NCBI GenBank assembly: GCA_964016885.1
Contig: OZ024742.1
Location: 116,188,001 to 116,252,000, forward strand
DNA length: 64,000 bases
Source of the DNA: Eledone cirrhosa
Lineage: Eukaryota
Direction of reading: 5' to 3'
Position numbers and translations under genes: made by a program. The notes under the pieces are model-generated. The model was not told the DNA's origin. It was given only the letters and a program-made list of their open reading frames with translations, and searched no databases. Positions 55,713 through 64,000 of this stretch are shown here, piece after piece; the first letter of the stretch is position 1; each line of letters opens with the position of its first letter.

Positions 55713-58700
55713 GATGTGTGTGGATGCGTGTGTGTAAATATATATGCATGATCTCCGTGCATATTATAAAGGCAATACTGTGGTATGACCGGTTATACAT
55801 AATATATTAAGTTAGTGTGAGAAATTGCAGTTATGAGAAAAACCTTTTTTATTTGGGGAGGGCGGTATTAAAAAGAAATACAGTTCTATAATTTCTGTAT
55901 TGACAACAACATAAACAACAGCAGCAGCAACAACAGCAATATTAACAAACCCAATTGATAGTAATAAATTGAAAACATCAAAATTAAATATTCATACGAA
56001 AATCAAATTTATTCTGTTTACACCACATTTCCCCCTACAGCAAGATTACCGTTTTGAGAGGCATTACAAAATCCATCATCAGTTTTGGTACAACAAACTT
56101 TCGCTACACTTTATAATCATGTGTTTTCCTATATGTATTTACAGAAGAAGAGTATGAAATTGTGTCTGGTTGTATTCGTTTCTTTCTCAACACTTTAACA
56201 GTGTAATGAAAATAAATTAATTTCAATCTTGTTCGAAATTCAACTTGCCGAGAGCTAAAAACCCTGCTACTCATTAAGCTTGGTAATGTTAATTTCTTTC
56301 TTATCAAAGTTCTATAATTTTTTTTTTTTTTAATGAATTGAGGTAAATAAGATAGTATGACAAGAGTGACGCATGACTGTCTCATTAAGAAGTTTACTTC
56401 GCAAATATATGGTTAGGGTTCATTTCCACTTGAGGACACTATATTTTCTGACATTGCCATAATTTGTCAAATAAATTGTGTGTGGGAAGTGCCACACTCG
56501 TACACGCAAACAGACACTCACATACACACATGCCGCACAGAGACACCCCCCCCTCTCTCTCGTATATATATAATGTATGAGTTTAAATACTTCGCAAATA
56601 TACATCTGTGAAAGATTATATATATATTATGTATATATATATATATATACATAATCTTTCACCGGTGTATATTTGCGAAGAATTTAAACCTATGCTTTCC
56701 GAACTTAGATATTTCTTCGATATCTAATAAAAAAAACTAGTCCTTGTCCATGTCACCGTTAGAAATACCGTGAACCAGTCATTAATCCGTTGTAAATCAG
56801 TATTCAACGAGGCAATTGTTCACTTAAGTTGATATAAATGTTGAATATTTCACCCATCCAGGCAATAATTGTGCTGATTCTGGATTTGTACACATATATT
56901 CTTTTCAAGTATAATTAAAAACAGCTATCTGTTAAGAATTACATTTAAAGTAGGCCTATTTTGTATATTATAGGAAGATGCCCTCTTTTTGCTATTTCGG
57001 TCTTAATTTATGCTTAATACATATTAATTATTGGTATCTATTCATCAATTTTTGTTCATAAGTAAATGATTCAACGCATTTTATTACTATTGTAGTTTGA
57101 CTAAAAAAGCCAAAAATAGTATTAATAAATTCTCCTTTGATAGTTACTGCAATGTGGTAAATATATGAACGCAAGCTACAGAATATAAGTTAAAAGCGTG
57201 AATGGTATATTTAGTGTAGTATGTTGCCACGGATAAAAAAGGACGAATGAGTCTGGTAAACCCTGATGTATTCAACTGACTATGAAATAGGATGAAATCC
57301 TAGATAGAGTTAGAACTTTCCATTTATTCCCCCCTGGGAACTTGAATAGTGAGAATTTCGAATTTTCAACAATTAAGTATGAAAACCGAGAGTCTGATTG
57401 GCTTAAATTTCACAGCTTGCCGTATGATGTTCACCACTCTAAATTTGAAAGTATTAAAGTTATTATTCATTAGAAAAGTAATAAGACTTTTAGTTCTCGG
57501 GGCATTCAATCTAATTCCAGTCGCGAAATTCGTCAAAGATTCGTAACAAGATTATGGACACTCAGTCACTGAGATGAGGTGAAGGTGAATTATTTTACCA
57601 GGGGTGTCACAACCAGCTGGCTCTGCTGGAGGCCTCTTTAACGTAGTGGTGAAAATTTAATGGAAATAGATTCTACACGGTTTTAATACAAGAATGCTTT
57701 GAGTAATATATAAGTTTCTACAACATACATACACCTATACATATATATATATGTATATTGATAAATAAACATAGTTATATATGTGTATGTGGGGGGGGGG
57801 GGGTATGAGGGTGTTTGTACACACATATGTATATATATGTGTGTATTTACACACACGAAAGGCTGGGTGATTTTAATGTATGTGTATATTTATTTCTGTA
57901 TATACACTATAGCACAGAGCCCGGGCTGAATTTCCGTGCGCAACCCTGTATATATGTATGTGTCCAATCTCTTCATACCAATCTGTGGTTTCTAGAATGT
58001 TCAACTCTAGTGAGACTTTTGCATGTAGGAAGCGAGAGACTAATGTCCGACGTTGTCTATTACCTTTTCAATGGTCTTCCCCATATCTTTCCTCCAGAAA
58101 ATTTCCTGCACTCTACATATGATGGCGAACGGTAGTAATGAATCTCATGTTCAAATGATGTATGGTGACGGTGGCAAATTCTCCCGAATGAAACAGTTCT
58201 AATTCTGTAGAAGCCATACCTATATTAAATATTTATACTCTGCTATGTATCGAGTACCTTACTTACTTTGGTTACCCCCGATTGATCCCGGGATAAATTT
58301 AATATATATATATATGTGTGTGTGAGTGTATCAATTTGGGAGAGTCGATTAAAACAATGCCTGTGCTTTATTTTATCAACTCTGTTAGGATGAAAGACAG
58401 CTAAACTTGAAGGGATTTGGATTCAGAATGTATATAAAGGGATATAACTAAATGCAATAAAGTATTTTGTCCGACTTTCTACCGACACTGCCAATCCATC
58501 GCCCTTATCTATTTAATAATAAGATGTGTTGATATATTAGAGTCATGCTCGTGTTAGATGAAATGATGATTGAATGTCTCCTTTGCTATAGAAGTAGTGG
58601 GTGAGGAACTGTGTCGTTGGCAAGGCAAGCATGCAAGTGAAACAATGATATATATATACATTAAACTATCTAAATTAACACAGTATGTGCAAATAGATGC

Positions 58701-59358
58701 GGATAAATATGGATTTTTTAATTTTCGTATAGAGAGAAATACATCTATGAGCAACGCACAACAGACATTTAAAACATTAGGGAGAAAAATGTTCCTTATA
58801 AAATATCCTGAGAATCAATAGGAACATTATATCAAGAACTGAGCAATCAGATGGTTATATTCGTGAAGAATGAAAAACAATAGAATGTGGCATCGGATGT
58901 CAACTTTTTCAGTGATTAATACGAACCGCAAACGGGTGGTAGATCGCAAATAAAACTAACATATGTGCCATAAGTGGTGACCACTATACATGAGGTACAT
59001 ATATATGTATATACGTGTGTTTGCTTGATTAAAATGAAGAATATTGAGAGGGGGGGAGCGAGACAGAGGGCGATATATATATATATGTGTGTGTGTGTAT
59101 AATTACTCATATAGAGATATATATAGCTAGAGAGATAGATAGATTTCTTTATTTACCATAAAGGCATAAAAAGAAGGGACAAATACAAAGGGGGAGTTTA
59201 CATATAATCGAGTAAAAAGGGTGTAACATGAAAATAATCGAAAATAACCTCAAAAGGGAGGGGACGTGATGGGGGTTGCACACACCCCCGAAAAAGTGTG
59301 CAATCCTTTGCCCGGGGAGCACATGGAGAAGGTGCTCCCCTCTCCTTTACTTCTTTAC

Positions 59359-62300
59359 CTACAGGATGGTATACAGAGAAGGCCCATTTACACGAGCCAT
59401 TCTCGCCACTATCACCCACCTTTCATAAAACTGCCTGTGGCCAAGCACCTCTCTCTCCATTCTTATCCTTCTTCCGAAGTGATATCGGAAGAAGTAGACC
59501 AGACTATGGCCAGAGAGGAAGTTGCCTGACCTCAGACCTTTCAATCGTGTCCACCAAACAACCTCTTTCAACATGGCTATTACGCACAGAAAAACCGCCT
59601 TTGCTTCCTTTGTGAAGAGGGGAGGCGGATTGATTGTCATCACGGACTCGGCTGTCAATTTAATCGGCGCCACCCGCGACAGCAGTTGTTCGGCGTAGCC
59701 CCACAGATCAGCCACGCCCGGACATTGCACCAATGCGTGCGCGACGGTTTCTTCGTGACGCACGCATCTAGGGCAAATCTTTTTTGAGGGATCCCTGCCC
59801 GGGCGCCCGTGTCTGTAGAGCCTCTCTCGAACGGGTAGAGCCCCTCGGTAGCACTGCCAGGCCAGTGACTTCTGGAAGTTGTCCATTGGTCCTGGGCCGA
59901 AAGTCCTACCGAACAGGCTGGCCAGTTCGTCTTCTTCCATGTCCAGCGACTCTCCAAGGGTGTCATCGCCCCTGCTAGCCACCAGCCCTCTATAGAATGA
60001 TGAGGTGGATTCTCCACCGATGGCCCGGCCCGCTTGCCAGAGAGCCCTGAGCGCCTGAGCACACTCAGTGTGCCAGTCTCCCAGTTTTCCGGATCTTTGC
60101 TTGACCCAGGACTGTAGCTCGGTGAGTGAGACGAGTCTCGGAAAGGCTCGTTTCACGAACGGAGCCCACACCGGTTGACCAGTGAGGAATACCTGTAGGT
60201 GCCGTAGCCTTAATGCGTGCCTACGCATCATCAACCACGGCATCCCCAGCCCTCCTTTCGAAGGTTGTTGGCAGCAGATGGATCTTCTCACCATAGGAGG
60301 ACGCTTCTTCCAAAGAAATTGGAAGAGCATGCGTTCCATGGTGGTGAGTGTTTCCTTATGGCAAGGCACGACAGTCAGGCGGTAGTAAGTGACGGACGCT
60401 ATGTAAATGTTCGCCACCTCCGCCCGGCCTTTTAGGGACAGCTTACACTTGGCCCATTTCTGGGTTAGTGCAAACACCTTGTTCGTAACCTCGTTCCAGT
60501 TCTTTTCCACCTGGAGGTCCGGTCCAAACCAGACCCCAAGCAACTTTACCGGGCCCTCCGTCCAGTGTCCGACGACACCATCGGGAGGCATCGGTCTGCC
60601 TCTCCACGTTCCGAGTTGCAGCCCGATGGATTTTTCCCGGTTCAGTTTCGCTCCTGACAACCTTTCGTACTCCTCCAGTAAGGTACCGATCGCCTCGATC
60701 TCCGAGTCGGTTGATACCATTACTGTTACGTCATCGGCGTAGGCCGACACCGCTTTGCTCAATCCTGGTTCCAGGGGGATACCCTGCAACAACTCCAACT
60801 TCCTCAGTAAAGGCTCGAGAGTCAATACGTACAGAAGGGAGGAGAGAGGGCACCCCTGTCGAATGGATCGTGTGATTTCGAACGGCTTCGAAAGGTAGCC
60901 GTTCACCTTGATCCTAGAACAGATGTGGTTGCTATGTAGGGCAGTGATCCAGCCTCTGAAAACAGGACCGAACCCAGCCGCCGCTAGTACCGCATCCAGG
61001 TAACCATGGTCGACCCTATCGAAGGCCTTAGACTGATTCGAGTTGATCAGGGCCCCACCGAAGCCGGGTTTGTTGCCAACCCTCTCTATGATGTATCGCA
61101 TGAGGTGGAGGTTATCGTGAATGGACCTGGATGGGATAGCACATGTCTGCGCATCTCCCACCAGGCCATCCACGACAAGCGCCAACCTCTTTGCTAACAC
61201 CTTGGCCAAAATCTTTAACTCTGTGTTTAGCAGGGTTATGGGCCGAAAATTATTTATACTATCCCCCTTGTTCTCGTCCTTCCTCACCAGCGTGACTACG
61301 CCCTTGGCTACAGAACAAGGAATTCTCCCGTTCTGCTGCCAATTGCAGTAGACCGCTTCGAGGAGTTCGGAGAAGAAGACCGGCATTGCTAAATAAAGTT
61401 CGTAAGGTATACCATCGAGACCTGGAGATTTGCGTCTGCTGCATTGGCTCAGCGCATCTCCGATCTCATCAGCCGAGATTGGTCCCTCGCAGGACTCCGC
61501 CTCTTTGTTCGAGAGACGCGGCAGGCCGTCGAGGTATGGACCGAAATCCACGCCCCGGCCCGGACCCTCGCCTCCCCCGAACAATCGGGCAAAGTGCTTT
61601 TGAAAGGCCTCGCACATCTGCTTAGGCTCCCGGATCACTCGTCCATCTTCGTCTTGCAACGACCGGATGGTGGATCGATTTCCACTTTTAGCTTCTGTCA
61701 CGCGGGCCCATCCAACGGCTTTGGCCCCCTCATTACCTAGAGCACGTATTTTACTTCGAATGACGCAGCCTTCATGCTTTGCATCGAAAAACTGGTTCAA
61801 GGCCGTCCTCGATGCCAGCACTCTGGCCACATCTTCGCTCTTGATTGCCTCTTCTAATTTACCTGTTAATTCTTTCTCGTTTCTATTCCTATTGGCAGCT
61901 AACATCTTGCTATAACTTATTGATTCTGTTCTAATCTCTCTTTTGAGAGATGCCCACCATCGGTTGTTGACGATTGCACCCGTCAACCTCTCCTTAACTA
62001 ATCTGCTAATCCGGTTTCTGTAAGTCTCTTTTGCCGGTAAAGACAAATTAAGTTTCCAGTAACCGGGACCCTGTCTATGTGTTTTCTCGAGATTGACCAC
62101 GCAGGTCACTAATTTGTGATCCGTGTAGCCAACCGTGCGCATTTCTGGACAACTTAATATGTCCCTATCCTTACTTCTAACTAAGAATCTATCTAAGTAC
62201 GATCTAGATTGACCACTGTGGTTTCTCCAAGTCCAGGTAGGCACAGTTGGAAAATCTAGTCGATATCTATCGACCAAGTTAAAACGGTCGAGTAACCCCT

Positions 62301-62796
62301 TGAGGCTGTTACACCCCCCTCTATTAGGACATGCTCCTGCATAGTCCCAACGTGCATCTAGGATGTCATTCCAATCCCCCGCTAGAAGCAGGGAACGCGA
62401 CGTTCCCAGAAAAGTCTCCAAACGCTGGAAGAAGTCGGGCCGTTCAGCTCCGAAAGGGGAGTAGACGGCGACCAGTCTCAAGGCCGCACTTTCACTACTG
62501 CCAACGTCTAGCACCAACAAACGACCCTCCGGGTCCGAGTGCACAACCTGTACGGCAAGACCCAGGTGTTTTTGCAGCAGCACGACAACCCCACCCCCAC
62601 CTCCAGGTTGACAGAGAGATGCATGCACCTCAAAGTCATCGAAGGTGGGGGCCAGCTGCCGCATGACGCTGATTCGAGTCTCACAGATAACCATTACATT
62701 TATACTACATGACCTGAGGTCATTTAGAAGCTTTGCTTGCTTCCAAGTTGAGCCCAGGCCACGTGCATTCAAACATCCTACTCTTAACACATCCAT
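59359..62796 (-). CDS. ORF2p: apurinic-like endonuclease + reverse transcriptase + C-terminal Cys/His motif (Tx1-type)
   Basis: 1145 aa; motifs LNARGL, GDWN, YLDRFL, TDHK (EN); GPGYWKLN; KSPGLDG, FRPITLLN, KAFDRVDH, RQGCPLS, YADD (RT); CPRC..ET..HALVQC. Confidence 0.95.
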   Translation of the reverse strand: MDVLRVGCLNARGLGSTWKQAKLLNDLRSCSINVMVICETRISVMRQLAPTFDDFEVHASLCQPGGGGGVVVLLQKHLGLAVQVVHSDPEGRLLVLDVGSSESAALRLVAVYSPFGAERPDFFQRLETFLGTSRSLLLAGDWNDILDARWDYAGACPNRGGCNSLKGLLDRFNLVDRYRLDFPTVPTWTWRNHSGQSRSYLDRFLVRSKDRDILSCPEMRTVGYTDHKLVTCVVNLEKTHRQGPGYWKLNLSLPAKETYRNRISRLVKERLTGAIVNNRWWASLKREIRTESISYSKMLAANRNRNEKELTGKLEEAIKSEDVARVLASRTALNQFFDAKHEGCVIRSKIRALGNEGAKAVGWARVTEAKSGNRSTIRSLQDEDGRVIREPKQMCEAFQKHFARLFGGGEGPGRGVDFGPYLDGLPRLSNKEAESCEGPISADEIGDALSQCSRRKSPGLDGIPYELYLAMPVFFSELLEAVYCNWQQNGRIPCSVAKGVVTLVRKDENKGDSINNFRPITLLNTELKILAKVLAKRLALVVDGLVGDAQTCAIPSRSIHDNLHLMRYIIERVGNKPGFGGALINSNQSKAFDRVDHGYLDAVLAAAGFGPVFRGWITALHSNHICSRIKVNGYLSKPFEITRSIRQGCPLSSLLYVLTLEPLLRKLELLQGIPLEPGLSKAVSAYADDVTVMVSTDSEIEAIGTLLEEYERLSGAKLNREKSIGLQLGTWRGRPMPPDGVVGHWTEGPVKLLGVWFGPDLQVEKNWNEVTNKVFALTQKWAKCKLSLKGRAEVANIYIASVTYYRLTVVPCHKETLTTMERMLFQFLWKKRPPMVRRSICCQQPSKGGLGMPWLMMRRHALRLRHLQVFLTGQPVWAPFVKRAFPRLVSLTELQSWVKQRSGKLGDWHTECAQALRALWQAGRAIGGESTSSFYRGLVASRGDDTLGESLDMEEDELASLFGRTFGPGPMDNFQKSLAWQCYRGALPVRERLYRHGRPGRDPSKKICPRCVRHEETVAHALVQCPGVADLWGYAEQLLSRVAPIKLTAESVMTINPPPLFTKEAKAVFLCVIAMLKEVVWWTRLKGLRSGNFLSGHSLVYFFRYHFGRRIRMEREVLGHRQFYERWVIVARMARVNGPSLYTIL

Positions 62797-62829
62797 GTGG
62801 GCGGCAGAGCCAAAGGAGAGTGTAGAGAC

Positions 62830-63999
62830 CTACCTTTCCGCTTCCCGGGGTTCGGGTTGCACGACTTCCATGGGGTCGGGGGTGTTGGGTGAAGGGGTGT
62901 CTTGTGGTGGTGTGGGGTCGTCGGTGTGTGGTGGGGTTGGGGTGTTTGGAGTTGTGTTGGGGAGGGGAAGGGGAGGGGGAAAGCTTTTTAGTAGGACGCG
63001 GTTTATGGGTTTGACAGAGGGTGGTCCTACGTCCTCCTTAAAATCCTTTTTTAGTTTTTGGTAGAGGTTCATTGGGATTTTTATTAGTTTTAAATGTGGG
63101 TGGTTTTCTGATGAAACAAAGTTTACACCTTCGGTTTGTACCGAAGGATTATTGTATATGAGTTCATTTAATTTATTATTGTTTCTGTTGATGTAAGTAT
63201 AGTGTAATGTCTTTTTTTCCGATGGTGTGAGTGTTTCGAAGAGGGGAGGGGCAGGTTTGGTTTTGTTTGTTGCTGGAGGGGTGTTTTCTGTTTTGTTAGA
63301 TTGTGTTGCGATTTGGGTGGGGGTTGTTTGTGCTTGTGTGTTTTGCACATGTTTTCTTTTTTTCCTTTTAATCTGTCTGAAGGACTCCGTTTCTTCCTCC
63401 GAATTCGTTGGGTTATCTTCAGTGTTGGAGGGAAGAGGTATGTTTGCTGGTAATGTTTCCGTGTTGGTTTTCTTTGTGGGGGAGATGGATGTCACTATGT
63501 TAGACTGTGTTGTGTGTTGTGTCTGCGGTGGTTGTGTTGTTTTATTGAGTGAGAGGATGGGTGGGCCTGTATTTTGTTTTGGGGTAATGTGTTGTGACTG
63601 TTTGTGTTGTGGTGGTGTTGTGGTGTTACTGAGGGACGGGTTGGGTGGGACTGAGTTTTGTTGTTTGTTTATCTGTTGTGGTGGTGGTGGTGGAGCTGGT
63701 GTTGGTAGCAGGGTTTTCTTTTTGTTGAGTTGGGGACAAGCGGCCTTCAGGTGCCCTCTTCCTGCACAGATATGGCAGGACGGCCTTCTCCCCTCCACGC
63801 TAATGTTTATATACCCGTGGTCCTCTAATAGGATTCTGTCGGGTATTTGGGCGATGCGTTCAGGCTTCATTTGTACTACCAGCTCTCTACCTGTTCCACT
63901 GAACGCATTGCCTGTGGTTTTCCCAATGGAAATCACGTTGTCATTCACTGGATCGATGAAGCCAGCTATGAGCCAGCAGTAGTCCACATCTGGCATCAT
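62830..63999 (-). CDS. ORF1p (partial, gag-like zinc knuckle)
   Basis: VEGRRPSCHICAGRGHLKAACP (CX2CX4HX4C) followed by Pro/Thr/Gln-rich linker; homologous to VEGRRPKCYLCGQKGHLRAFCP at 6465-6821. Confidence 0.85.
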   Translation of the reverse strand: MMPDVDYCWLIAGFIDPVNDNVISIGKTTGNAFSGTGRELVVQMKPERIAQIPDRILLEDHGYINISVEGRRPSCHICAGRGHLKAACPQLNKKKTLLPTPAPPPPPQQINKQQNSVPPNPSLSNTTTPPQHKQSQHITPKQNTGPPILSLNKTTQPPQTQHTTQSNIVTSISPTKKTNTETLPANIPLPSNTEDNPTNSEEETESFRQIKRKKRKHVQNTQAQTTPTQIATQSNKTENTPPATNKTKPAPPLFETLTPSEKKTLHYTYINRNNNKLNELIYNNPSVQTEGVNFVSSENHPHLKLIKIPMNLYQKLKKDFKEDVGPPSVKPINRVLLKSFPPPLPLPNTTPNTPTPPHTDDPTPPQDTPSPNTPDPMEVVQPEPREAER

Positions 64000-64000
64000 T

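Larger units (their letters stand above)
59146..64000 (-). mobile_element. Tx1/L1-clade non-LTR retrotransposon, young copy, 5' end outside window
   Basis: ORF1 (CCHC knuckle) followed by uninterrupted ORF2 (APE endonuclease + RT), ~210-bp 3' UTR ending ...AATAAAGAAAT into an (ATCT)n tract. Confidence 0.95.

Noticed and set aside
59655-63982. Antisense and alternate-frame ORFs within the Tx1 element
   Set aside because: Shadows of GC-rich or low-complexity ORF1/ORF2 sequence

Overview
Eukaryotic, AT-rich, repeat-dominated window with no supportable host gene; the repeat content suggests an octopus/cephalopod genome (inference). It contains three Tx1/L1-clade LINEs (one with an uninterrupted 1145-aa ORF2, two internally deleted), two R4/Dong-like RLE-LINE remnants, about 20 copies of one tRNA-derived SINE, a hAT transposase fragment and abundant microsatellites. 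The most interesting signal is at least nine small non-coding foldback elements from several sequence-unrelated families, nearly all in (TA)n tracts. They share one architecture: inverted arm + arm + one-sided tail. Several carry minimal type-I hammerhead ribozyme motifs, most tails share a CTC...GAG hairpin and/or a GAGNNCTC-like motif, and one family is directly homologous to the terminal repeat of a GIY-YIG Penelope-like element at ~20-21.4 kb. Separately, the SINE shares its 3' terminal motif and spacing with the Tx1 LINEs. All alignments and folds were done by eye.
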